A stretch of 64,000 nt of DNA from Nemertoderma westbladi (taxonomy: Eukaryota; Animalia; Xenacoelomorpha). The notes under the pieces are model-generated. The model was given only the letters and a program-made list of their open reading frames with translations. It ran no database searches and was not told where the DNA came from. Of the stretch, positions 51,890-64,000 are shown one piece after another. The first letter of the stretch is position 1, and every line of letters begins with the position of its first letter. The translations under genes and the position numbers were made by a program. The DNA lies in assembly GCA_032718475.1 (NCBI GenBank), contig JAUCBJ010006143.1:1-64000 (forward strand). The letters are read 5' to 3'.

Positions 51890-54800
51890 ATGGACTTCTT
51901 AACTACTGGCCATATTATCGATTTACACGATACGGACGATGTAGACACCGAAAGGGAAATGGTTCTATTTAAATATCATACCCAGCGGAGTCGGAACGAT
52001 AAACCGAGAATCGAACATGAGAATTCTATTCGAAACCGACTCGAAAGAGACGACGTTGAAGAGCCGGATGAACGCAGCGACTTCAATGAATATCTGGAAT
52101 TCTTGAGAGAAACATATCTCAATATTGCCAGTCAACAAAATCTAGAAACTCGATATCCTCAAGGTATACATCATGACCCTATGATGGAACTCAAACGACT
52201 CTATTTGACTATGATGTATCTTACTGCCGATCGAACTCTACCTGTTGTACTGGATAGCTTCAAACAGATGGAAGAATATTGTAAAACTGGAGAAAGATCA
52301 CCCACGTTTCCTCTACAAGACATGCGTCTTTGGTATTATTGCTATGAATGCCCTAGACCCAACCAACAAACAGAAAGACATAAACATCTGCGGAGACGTT
52401 GTGCTAAACCCAGTTTTACTCGCTATACTTATGGAAGTTTCGAGCAAAACTTGTTTGACGTATCACCTACGATCGCTTGACTCAAACGATCCTTAAATAA
52501 ACCCATGATCAGAGTTCCGGAATACTCGGTCAGACCTCCTCATTCCCTAGTGAGACCTCAAACTCTTCATCCTAATAGTATAATGGATCCTCCTGAACTG
52601 TATTCACTGTTCAAAGATCTTGTGTTACCCGAACAATTAATCGGTGGCACTCTGGTAGTGGGCTCGCTAGATATTCGCCCATCCTACCTAGCCGGATTGG
52701 GACGCGGACGTCTAATATCGCCGTTCAACCCATACAATTGTCCTGGGTTAACCCCGATACAACCTGTCACCAAAGTCGAGGAGAGCGTTGTACGAAACGC
52801 GTTAGACGCTATTCGGCAGAAGATCGGAAAAGGAACTTACGATTGTTTGGAGAAACGCAAATTGCAGCAACAAGTCCAAGCGGTAAAGGAGTTGGCCTTA
52901 CCCCAGTTCGATTGAGAAATCCAGAACCTCGAGGAAGACATCGAACTTGGACAAACCTATTCTCTATAAGAGTTTTTAGACAAACGCTTACAACAACAAG
53001 TGGAGGAAAATCAGCTCGAGGAGAAACACATTGAAATGGATGAAAGAGAAGAAGCAGCTTTAGCCCAACCAGAAGCTCAAATCCTTATGACTGATCTCTA
53101 CTCCAAAACCATCATTCATCCATCAATGGTTCCCCATTTCAGAGACAAACTCTTCGCAACGGTACAACCCCAACCGGTTGATATCAACCTAAGATCTCGA
53201 GATCTTATTGCTGACGCTCCTATGTTACAGCTTCCGCCAATCGAGGCCGCTCGTGTCGAAGGTATACTCGTTAAACCTCCGGACAATCGAGCGGATCTTG
53301 TCCGTTGTATGGTACATAAGGTCAACATATGCGCTAGACCTTTACCAAACTCGTTTTATGGGATCAAAGATCACCCTTATTATGTCAATCTAACTCAATA
53401 TTATATGATAAAACCGGAAGATCCTACACATATTCTAAGGTTTCTACCACTAATAAATCCTCTCGATCTCGTCGAACTCGAACAACTGCAGAAACATCTG
53501 GATCAGTTAGTGAAAGTAAACTTATTCAGAAAACCCTACAATGTTTCCAGAATAGAGTAAGATAAACTGCCTCCATATAATCTTGATGGATTTATCAAAA
53601 CTCGATTAGTCTACTGGAATCTCGACGTATTATTCGAGGAAGAGAGAATACAACGATATGGAGATGTAGAGACGTATACTACACAATATCTGAAGTATGG
53701 AGATCTACCCAACGCTAGCAAATGCGCCACCTTATGGCATCCGGTGGGGATGACCCTAGAAAATGCCACTAAAGAGTGAAACGAAACTCTTAACGTTATT
53801 GAAATGTATGGAGTTGTCACTTACGACAATGAAGGTAGCGTTCCGGTTGGAGAACTGAGAACTACGCGCATGATACATATACGAGGACTAGCTGGTTCTA
53901 CCCACGTATTTACTCGAGCGTGTTCCGACGTGATTGATTATTCTTTCGAGACCCTCACCGAGATACAAAAGAAACTCCGTCATGGACAATTCGAACTCGT
54001 GCAGCGTTACGTCACCGACACCGAGCGCAAACCGGCTATGGGTATCGATGGATCGATGTTACCCCAGCCTGTGCTCAAGATGTTGTTTAACGAATCCTTA
54101 AAATCGGCTCAGCTGTTTATGGAGATCTCCAAAACGACTTTAGGAACATGGAGAATATCCCGTATCCCTTCGTAGATACTCAGCTGATTGCTCCCTGGGC
54201 AGAAGGCCAAATGTTTCTTCCAAACTATGTATGCCAATACACCCAGTAGCATCAATAAAGTACAACAAACTTCCATCGGACATCTTGCCTTTCAAGAATA
54301 CGGATGGAATTTCAAAGTCGGAAACCCTATCAACTATCAACAAGTATATGGAGATCATTATTCTTGATTATACTTTGGCGGACCATTGACCGCACCTGGC
54401 GTCGTGTATAGCTTCATGAGTGTTCCACTTCGTCCCTCATTAGCTATATACACTATCTTCAAAAGCACCGCACTTGCCAGTTGGCTAGCCGATGTGTGCA
54501 GTCATACTATACACGCCCATCCCTTAATACTTGGAACCAAACTCGCCAAGCTAGATGAACACAATAAATTCATCCGCTTCAAATGCTTCAGGCGCTTTCT
54601 GACTCCGTTCCGTAACGTTGATTGTCAGTTCAAGGACCGCGCTCTGACCAAGCTCAGCCTAAGAGACTCAGCTGCTGAGAAGTTAGACAGTGCTGGATTT
54701 GCCATGTTCAAGGACGTTTGTATACAGAACATACATTCCTCTGTTATACAAAGACCTTGAATCCCCACGGGTTACTCTATCGTGGAAGTTCAGACACTGG

Positions 54801-55981
54801 GTTTGCTTGAGGAGACAGCCACACCTACCTCAGCTATGCAATTGAAAGACAAACCAATATGCTTAGAATCCGAGGAGATTCAGCCCACCGCACCTCGGAG
54901 CAGTGACAACAACTACGTCCTGGAATGGTATCAGGGTCCACAATGTCTCACCGCGTACAATTATCGGCATGCCAATTATATCTCTAGGAAATGTTGCCGA
55001 TTATGTGCATCTGGAGACAATTTCACCCCTGTGGACTCCCACGTACCCTGCTCCTACTTCCATGAACAGCCTACGATGGAGATCTATTGTGCGTATTGTA
55101 GACTCAATAACTTGCACATTTTTGCAGTCTGCCCCCAATTTATGACTCAATGCCATCATTGTCAGTTTAAAGGACATGCAAGTTTTGAATGCCCTTTCAA
55201 CCGCGATCTGGAAAGCGTAGATGAAATGATTACCCTACGCTATATTCGAGCCTGGGAAGCGAACGCGGATTTACATTGTGAGTCACGTCATCGCTATTAC
55301 CCTGGATGTGCCTACGAAGGAGTTTATGCGTTCCACCCGTATGAACAAAAATCTCGCACACCGAGTTACGAATTAATGAAGCGTGTTGGCGAGAATATTT
55401 CGACCAAATTTGTTTGTAAATATCTCAGGAACATTAATCCCAACGATCTTAATTCCTATAACTTGATAAACTTCATTTGTCAAGATCCGGAATATGGTGA
55501 CTTGTTCATCAACTCGCATCCAGAACTACAGGAAGTTCATAGATGACCCTATGAATATAGAGCCCGAGAACGCGAGTTAGAAAGAACCATCAAACTGAGG
55601 AAATTTCTCACTACTCACGGTCCACCTACCGCTCTCGTGCAGACGACTCGTCAGGGACCAGTAAGAGCTGCTGTCCTGAAACGCGCTCTGAAGGTTGTTC
55701 GACCTCGTTCCACTGATGTTGATATCGATCAACCGGGTACCTCAACCGGCGGATACACCGACCGTAATCCTAAACCTTCCGATGCAATTGTATTGCACCC
55801 CTCACCCAGGAGTTATAGCCCTCCTAGTAAAGTGGCTCTCCCCAAAGAGAAAAGGACTCTTGCTAGCTTCAAAAAACTGTGTAAACGCCGTTTGACTAAC
55901 TCTTTAGAGTATTTTTATATTTTAGAAACTGTGATTTTTATATTTTATAGAATTAAATCCCATTTTCTGGGAGCGGTGTAA
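51890..55981 (+). pseudogene. Second, diverged exonuclease/zinc-knuckle accessory gene (~1,350 codons, decayed)
   Basis: Seven ORF pieces in one frame; homologous blocks LYLTMMYL/LYHTMQYL, YYCYEC/YYQCGAC, YDNEG, KIGSAVYGDLQNDF (shifted frame)/KIGSGVREDLISDF, FMTQCHHCQFKGH/FMAQCSYCNIKGH. Confidence 0.8.
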
Positions 55982-56642
55982 AAGCTTTTGCGGATATAAC
56001 AAGTCATTTTTCTCCGCAATGAACTGTGTAGTAGTTGTTTTAGCGGACATAACATGCCATTTTCTCCACAATGTACCCTGTAGGTGTTTTAGCGGACATA
56101 ACAAGCCATTTTCTGCCGCAATACGCCTAATACTCTAAAAGAATGGAACTCCGATGACGAAATCTGTCAGCTGATTTACTGTACACGTGGAGCCTCTCTT
56201 TGTTCAGGCTCGGCCAATCAGAGAGATTTTCATTTTATCTTGTACAGAGGCCTACGGAAAACCGCGCAATGCATTACGGTCTTTGTTTACCTTTCTGAGC
56301 GAGAACAACTGCTTGGAAATTATTCTGTACTTCTGTGTTGGAAGTTTCAGACTTTAGCCAACATTAGACAGCTTTGATTATAGGAACGTAAATCTATTAC
56401 CTGGCCCTACTGCACTGTGCAACTGTGCAACAAACCATAACAACTGCACCTTGCTGCAACTGCGGTACCGACATACTGACTTTCACCGCATTATTTTACT
56501 TCTCTTTACTGTCTGTTATTAATTGTTATATGTTGATGGATATGTTGTTATATTTGGAGAATACCAATAAATAATCATAAAACCCCCTTCTTGATTACTG
56601 AAGGTAAGAGGGACCGGTTACTGGTAGCAATTGCGACTTACA
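55977..56642 (+). repeat. Putative 3' LTR of the second LTR element
   Basis: Preceded by GGGAGCGG; TGTAA...TTACA termini; AATAAA near 56566; internal duplicate TTTAGCGGACATAACA; no partner LTR in the window. Confidence 0.7.
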
Positions 56643-57294
56643 TTATAGTGGTTTTAGTGTGAATTAAATGCTATTTCATAATCCCTACATGTGTCAGTTG
56701 CTATCCTCCTTATATATGGTCAAATTCAGTGACGGTTGGCAGATCAGTGTGCAGCAGTGGGAAGTCGTATGCAGTAGTGTGACAGATAATAAAGCATCTC
56801 CTAAACAATGCGCTATTTACGAAAATCAGTAGCCATCTCGTTGTGTGTAGTATAAGTCATAACTCTGTTTATATACTTAAAGCGCCACGTCCTAAAGGAA
56901 CTGTTAATATTTCCCCGAAAGTGAATAATATTGTCGGAGATTATATAGTAACGATCAATCGAATAATACAGTAGGTCTGCAACGCAATAACTTCAAAGCA
57001 CCCGAATCCAGTCTCCCTTAACTGTGGGGGAATGGTCGCGCATAGACTGGCTTCGGCAAATGTTATGTTACTTCATGTGCACTAAATAATTGTTATAGGC
57101 TAAAGTCGATTTATAAACAAGAGGACACCTAAAATTGGCAGGTTAAACTGCTAAAGGTCTGAAAGCGCAAACATAATTAGAATTTAATTGCTCTAAATTT
57201 TGGGTCGAAATGCCGGCGTTTATTGATATCCCTAGAGAACTCCAACCCAACCACTACTGATCAGATGTGTGCAGAGGATTTACAGAATTTAAAA

Positions 57295-57918
57295 CCCTTT
57301 CGGTACCATGGCACATACGTCTGTTCAATGACATTTATTCGATTTCTAAGAAGGGAAAATGTTGCTGGACTCTTTAAGTACATGCTTCTATATGTTAGCG
57401 GCGCATTTCAGCTTGTATCTACTGTAATTTAACTACGGTAGGCCCCGTAGGCCTACTGCAGACCTGCTTACAGACTGCCAGACTGCAGCAATAAGGTAAA
57501 CCCTGTTGTTAGTTTTCAAATTGTTTCAAATTGGACAGACTGACCGACAGACAGACCAGACCGACAGACTGTCTGGATAGGGTAAAAAGTGAAAACTGAC
57601 GGCGGGAATGAAATCCTTGACCAGGAAAACCCCCATAGCAAGAATTTTAATTAACTAATGTGATTCTTTATATTTTTGACAGACAGACTGACCGACAAAT
57701 AGACCGACAGACAGTCTGGATAAGGTCAAAAGTGAAAACTGACAGCGGAAATGGAATCCTTGACCAGGAAAACCCCTATAGTGAGAACGTTAGTAGATTT
57801 TATTATTTCTAAAGTCCTGACAGACAAATTGACAGAAAGACAGACAGACTTTAGAAATTCATGAATTAGACTTGGGCATTTGGGGATTTGGATAATTTCA
57901 AGTTAGGTACCGAAAGGG
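57295..57918. mobile_element. piggyBac-like MITE in the intron of the fibrinogen-domain gene
   Basis: TIR CCCTTTCGGTACC...GGTACCGAAAGGG, right flank TTAA; internal ~150-bp duplication. Confidence 0.65.
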
Positions 57919-57955
57919 TTAATAAACAATTTCAATTAATAATATTTCCTAACAG

Positions 57956-58633
57956 GTTAAAGAGTTGGAACAACAGAATAAAGAGTTGGAACAACAGAAT
58001 GCAGAGTTGAAAGACCAGTTCACAGGGTTAAAACTGTATAAGCTAATAGCGCCTATCCTAAATGATGGGGTAAAGATTCAACAAAGATCAGTTTGGAAAC
58101 TGATTCAACAAAGAGTTGATGGATTTGTTGACTTCTATCGAAACTGGGATGAATATGTTGAAGGATTTGGCGACCCGAATACCAATTTTTGGTTGGGGTT
58201 GGAGACGATCCACAAACTGAGTGAAGGCGGGGTGAAGTTGAGAGTCGATTTGTGGTTCACTGGAAGGGGGTGGGATGATAAAACCCAGCGGGTGATGCAT
58301 TACACCAACGAACACAAATACGCGGAATACGACAACTTCTCTATCGGATCAGCTGCAACTAATTACACCCTAAATGTATCCGGTTACCATGGTACTGCTG
58401 GTGACTCATTGGAGTTTCACAACGGTCTCCCATTCACTACCAAGGACCGCGATAATGACAGGTGGGACAACGTCAACTGCGCCGTATATCATACTGGGTC
58501 GTGGTGGTACAACAATTGCGCAAACAGTAACTTGAACGGAGAATATGGTGGGGGGGAAGATACAGGACCTTATTGGTATCGTTTTACTATCTACAATCCG
58601 GCCTCTCGAGTTGAAATGAAGATTTGGATTTAG
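57956..58633 (+). CDS. Terminal exon of a fibrinogen-related (FReD; ficolin/angiopoietin-like) host gene
   Basis: Acceptor TTCCTAACAG; short coiled-coil; WKLIQQRVDG..FYRNWDEYVEGFG..FWLGLETIH, FTTKDRDND, CA..GSWWYNNC..SNLNG. Confidence 0.93.
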   Translation, partial: VKELEQQNKELEQQNAELKDQFTGLKLYKLIAPILNDGVKIQQRSVWKLIQQRVDGFVDFYRNWDEYVEGFGDPNTNFWLGLETIHKLSEGGVKLRVDLWFTGRGWDDKTQRVMHYTNEHKYAEYDNFSIGSAATNYTLNVSGYHGTAGDSLEFHNGLPFTTKDRDNDRWDNVNCAVYHTGSWWYNNCANSNLNGEYGGGEDTGPYWYRFTIYNPASRVEMKIWI

Positions 58634-59409
58634 TAAAACTGTAAGTTTTATATAAAATTACTAAAAAATTCCAATAGAGTTGCGTTGGAAACTAACTTTT
58701 ACATTTAATTATAAATAATATTAATATAATGTAAAAAATTTATTATAAAAAATATTAAAATATAATATAAATAAAATACCATAATTTATTACCAGGTTAT
58801 TTAGTTACTGTATTTTACGAGTTATAGACCCGAGGCGAAGCCGAGGGTTTATAACTGGCCCGAGGGTAAATAACTCATAAAATAACTAAATAACCTGGTA
58901 ATAAGTGAGTTATTAACCAATTTTACCAGGTTTCCCACATTTCTAAAAGGGCTTTAGTTTGGGGGCAGAAGTATTAAAATGGGGCTTGGATATTTTGGGA
59001 GTACAAATATAATATATTTTCAATTTTGTAATTCTTTATGTGTATTATATTTTATTTCAAGACGGTTATTATTCCCTGGGGAGAAATAACTGAATTGGTG
59101 ATGAATATCACCGACATTCATGTACTACATTTCCTGTCCAGTTCGACAACTAAAGTACTGTACATGCATACCGGTAATAAGCAATAAAGAGTATTGATAA
59201 CATAAGTGGTGTACACATCCAATTAGCCCCTTCTAATCGTCCACATCTAAGGCATCACTTGTAGAATCTCATTATCAGCTTCATCCATCAGTGTCAACTG
59301 ATCCCTATCCAATTGAATCTCTAATACATCTAAACATCCCGCCACCATATATCCACCCCCACCCAGTCCATACCGCCACCGCCACCATCTTGTCAAGAAA
59401 GAATTCGCT

Positions 59410-59560
59410 TGCGGGGCGAGCCACGAAGTGAGCGAAGCCTTAGCATATGGGTGTCATTAACGAGTTGCCTGTCGTCGTCGTCTGTCGTCGTCGTAAATTT
59501 CTGATCGCTAATAACTCGGTCATGTCTTGATTAAATTAAACTAAACTTGGTACGTACAGT
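59410..59560 (+). mobile_element. 5' end of a related Helentron/DINE-like element; right end not defined
   Basis: TTGCGGGGCGAGCCACGAAG..AGCCTTAGC followed by (GTC)n, as in the 26.3-kb and 47.6-kb copies. Confidence 0.55.
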
Positions 59561-60554
59561 ATATAGTCCGGCAAAAGTTTAGAAAGAATCTGAATTTTTG
59601 TAGAAAACGAACGAACGCAACGGGGCAAATTACCGACAGACAACTCGTTAATGGGTCCCCTATAAGAGTTTAACTAAGTTAAACTATATCTACGGTAGGC
59701 ACTAGTATAGCCTGTGGACCATATTTGAACTTTAAAAAATACTGTATTTTTTTTGTTTTTTGTTATTGGTTTCTAAAACATTAGTATGTATGTTTTTTAT
59801 GGTAGCTCTGTAATGTTTTTTACTAGCTAGTATTTTTAAATTATAAAAAAATGTGATAACATTGATATTTCAGGTTTAAACATTTGTTGCAGAATTTGTA
59901 TTAATGACCAAAAATATTAATGATATTTATTGTAATAGGTTACAGTTTTTTTATTTTCAAAAAATACTAGCTAGAAAAAAAAACAGTAGCTATATAGGCC
60001 TACTAATGAAAATATATACTAAGGTTCTAGAATATTCACCAATATTAAAAAACACTCAAAAAAACAATATTATTTTTTTTTTCAAGAATAAGATATACTA
60101 GCTAGTAAAAAAAATACACTAGCTAACATAAAAAATATCGGCACTAATGAACTTTAGGGCCCAAAAATTGATTGGAACTAAACAAGTATTATTGTATTAT
60201 TACCATGGAGATTCAGATGATGGCACATTTTTTTAGCTTCAATTAGGTTTTTTAATACTCACCTGCATTTTATTAAATAATTGATTTCTAGAATATACTT
60301 TAATTAAATAACATTTGAAGAATAATTGTAACAATATATATTCTAGAATGTCTATTTTACTATAATTAAACTAAACAAATTAGTACCGCTAGTAAGCTTA
60401 CTGCATGTACTGATCTGACGGTGATACAGAATGATTACTCAGCAGTTATTATTCCCCGGGAAAGAATAACTCAGCAATAGAACTCTATGTTAATTTAGTT
60501 ATTTTTAATAAGTAATAATATCGGAAAAAACCGATTAATTGGTTAATAACTATC

Positions 60555-60697
60555 TTTATTGAAGTGTTATTTGTTATTTTGTACGGATATTTTGTACGAG
60601 TAACTATTATTTCGTCCAAGGACTGTTATAACGATGACGAAATAATAGTTACTCGTACAAAATATCCGTACAAAATAACAAATAACAGTTCAATAAA
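60555..60697. repeat. Near-perfect palindrome (~62-bp arms)
   Basis: TTTATTGAA.TGTTATTTGTTATTTTGTACGGATATTTTGTACGAGTAACTATTATTTCGTC and its reverse complement. Confidence 0.9.
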
Positions 60698-62624
60698 TGT
60701 GTTGTCTCCCTGAGAAGGTTAACAATTCTAAAGAAAGAGTAAGAAAATGGGGCATGGAATTTTTGGGGGATAATATAAATAACGGTATTTATTACGGACT
60801 CTATTTAAAAAACACAATATTTTAGCGGGAAATAATCACAAGTAATAAAGGTAATTTAAGCGTTTTTATTTAATTTCTATATGTAAATAGACTGACCATT
60901 GATAATATTACAGTAGAAAATTCCCTTCCTCAATATTTCGACTGCGGGCAGGTGGCAGACTAATAAGTTTAATTGAATATTACTAATTGTTGCTCTTTCT
61001 TCATTGGCGGAAGACATATTTCACGGCTCGGTTCTCTCTGCGAAGTCAGGCTGTGAAGCTGATCCTCTCATGGGGGTTTTTGTTTAATATGGTGGTACAG
61101 GAGAACATTATAGATACATTGTGACACAGCTGTAGTTAATTTGGCAGAATGGTTGGTCAGCGTTTCTAAGAGATGGATCCACCGTTTTGTGAAACTCACT
61201 CCAAGGCACTCAGGACTTACGCGACGCCCATTCCCACCACTTTCATTCTCATACCTCTACCATCGGACTATTTAACATACAAACCATTCTAGAACATATT
61301 ATGTATTTTGTTACATTATTATGACAACTTATCAGCGTTCTGGTGATATCTCCGCAACGACCAAAGTACCATTTACAGCGTTGCGGCCTATAGGACGGAA
61401 CCCTGTAAAGTATTCATAACTTAATAGCAATAAATAAACTCATAAACGTCTTGACTGTTCTCAGTCTATCCATGAGAGCCATATTGTACTGTAAGTGTAA
61501 CATTATTTACGTTACATTTGTTACAATAACTGCAAGCAATTTCTTAAAAAGGATATCAATTCACTTATATCACTAGAGAGTGAACATTTCAATATTAAAT
61601 ATAATAATTTTAAGCGTTGAAAACGGCGACAAGTTTACATAATGTAACAAAATTACGCACCATTCAGCACATACATCATTCAGCCATTGTGTGAAAAGGG
61701 CACTGTTCGGTTAACAGCGTTTATATTTATATAAACCTCACTCGGTCCACTCGCTCGTTACATAAATACACTCGGGTCATAACTCTGAGAAGTGCTAGTT
61801 TTCACACAATCATGTAAATAGTTTTGTATTTCAAGAATATTAGTTAAATAAATGGTTTGGCGCGTCTTCACCCGCGTCCAATCTTCGTCTGATCGGGGGA
61901 AATGAGCAAATTACAGAAACGGCAGATTACATATGACTTTTTCTAACCAAACCAACAAACAATGTTGCTAATAATCATTTTGAGGGCGAAGCTTTCTCCG
62001 GCCGAAGTTTGCTGCGTACCAAATAAATGGCCACATAAAACATCAGAGCAAATGCAATTAATGCCATGACAATATGCCAGTCAAGTCAGCCTGCGCTTTA
62101 CATACATTACTCTTGTATTCTTGTATGCCGTCTTTCCAGCGGCAACAACAAAGCAGCAAAAAGATACCAATATTTCTTGATGTACAAAGGGTGCAATATT
62201 GAGGAGACACATGAGGCATTAGCTGTGTAGCTAATATTCTAGAAAATTAATACAACTGGACGATTTCAAAAATGTTAGAAATTTCCGTACAATATAACAC
62301 AATTAGCGTAAAAAATAAGTAACACTTTTAGTACGGTAATTTTGATATAATATAGGAATTATTACGGGATTTAGGGGAGACAAAATAATATATTTGGCTG
62401 AAAAGTTAGTAATAATAATTAATAATAATGAGTTCCTGAATAAATATCGTTTTTTACTATAAAATTATTTACTTTAACGTCTTTATTATTTATTTTGCAG
62501 TTTGAATTCCCAATAAGTTTTAGAAGAGACTGAATCTTGGCTATTCTGCTATATGTTACCAGTTTATATGTGTGATGGTTATGGGTTATTGGTTTATGTT
62601 TGGTTAATATTTACAATATATTAA

Positions 62625-63338
62625 GGGGGGGGGGGTACACCATTTTCGGACAACTCTTCGATTTATCACTCTCAGCGTTTCAAAATTGTTTGGTTTTGGG
62701 TATAATTTGGAATATAAGTACCTAAGATGCTATTCTACATGACAGGTTAGAAAATTTATATTTTTCGCTATTCAATATTAGTTAATACTAGTTAACAACA
62801 AAAAAAACTTGGTTGCGCTTAAAACCCTAAGGCTTTTACAGTTTTTAACTTAATCACATGAAAGTTTTTTTATATGATAGATTAAAGATGGGGCAACATA
62901 ACTATCAGGCGAAATGTTGTGAAAATAATTCTGCACCGCTAGGTGGCGCTGCAAATTTATGCTAATTTTTAGGTTTGTTATAAATAGTATTAAATTTTAT
63001 TAACAAATAATTTCGAAAAGTTGTCTGATACTTTTATGCAGGGTGGCTATCTAGACACCCACAGGAAGTTTCAGACTAATTGCTCAAAAATTGTAGAAAT
63101 AGTAGGGTTTTGAAGTTGACAATTTCATAAAAAAAAATATTTGGAGATAATCGACCTTTCATTATACATAGTAATAGTAATTTCAACAGGATTCCCTAAA
63201 TGGAAATTGTTATAACTTAAAAACTAAAAGAGCTATTAAATAGCGGTTATCAGATTTGGAAACACCATTCAATGGTGCATTATAATAGACCATAAAAAAA
63301 TTTCGACATATTTTTGACCAAAATGGTGTACCCCCCCC
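62625..63338. mobile_element. Kolobok-like MITE
   Basis: TTAA|GGGGG..TACACCATTTT ... AAAATGGTGTACCCCCCCC|TTAA. Confidence 0.75.
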
Positions 63339-64000
63339 TTAACCCAGCAAAACCCAGACATCTAAAACTTCAAGGTAATTTATTCATATTTTCAGAACTA
63401 AGTCCAAATAGTCTAACTTAAACATAGTTTCAAAAACAGTATCAAAACTTTAACCAATCTCAATTTATTAGGTAGGGTACAAATGTAGTACTTGGGCGCT
63501 ATGGAGGTATTTATATATTCATAAAAATTACACCAATTTGTTTATAAAGGATAATATAAAGGATGTTATTAACTACTTTGGTGGGTGTAGAATGGAGTAT
63601 ACACAAAAGCATATGTTTAAAACAGTTTTTAATTTAAAATTGAGTTAAAAATTTCAAGATAATGTAGTATTTGTAGTGTCCCCACCCCCCCCCCCCCCGG
63701 GTCCAGTACTTCAAACAGTAATTGTAAGGATAGTAAGGATCCAGGGGGAAGCCGGGAACTCTCGGTGTCGGCCTGGCTGGGGACGCTAAACAGGGGCAGT
63801 TTCTCAAGGAGTGGCGATTGGCCAATTGGAAGCAGCAGTTATCGATGTGAAGCCCGATCGCTGAAGTCGAAAAGAACACCGGCGAGTTCACGTTGCTGAG
63901 AGAGCGCGGAATGGACAGTTAGGTGAGAGGAAATAGAGTCCCGATGGAGGATGGCAACAGGTTCACTGGAGCCAAGGTCACCCAACTGGAAGGGGGTAGG

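Noticed and set aside
63680-64000. GC-rich segment at the window end, possibly another retroelement
   Set aside because: No recognisable motif in the available sequence

Overview
AT-rich animal (probably invertebrate) genomic DNA made almost entirely of nested mobile elements. In order: (1) a Penelope-like retroelement (RT + GIY-YIG) abutting the 5' LTR of (2) a decayed BEL/Pao LTR retrotransposon (gag-PR-RT-RH-IN). Where env would sit, this element carries a ~1,240-codon extra gene with a DEDDy-type 3'-5' exonuclease domain and three CCHC knuckles, and a near-palindromic 17-mer recurs ten times along it. (3) A complete 24.3-kb Polinton/Maverick (19781-44116; AGTAGT...ACTACT ends, GTCGTG target duplication) lies inside the BEL 3' LTR. 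It encodes pPolB, integrase, ATPase, adenain protease, major and two minor capsid proteins, plus TBP-like, PC4-like, DEDD-like and RING genes, and is itself hit by Sola-like, Tc1-like, hAT-like, Helentron-like, SINE and RTE insertions. (4) A second, partial Polinton copy. (5) A second, diverged LTR-element remnant with a homologous exonuclease/zinc-knuckle gene and a 3' LTR. (6) One host fibrinogen-C exon and several MITEs and palindromes. All calls come from reading the sequence by eye; no searches were run.
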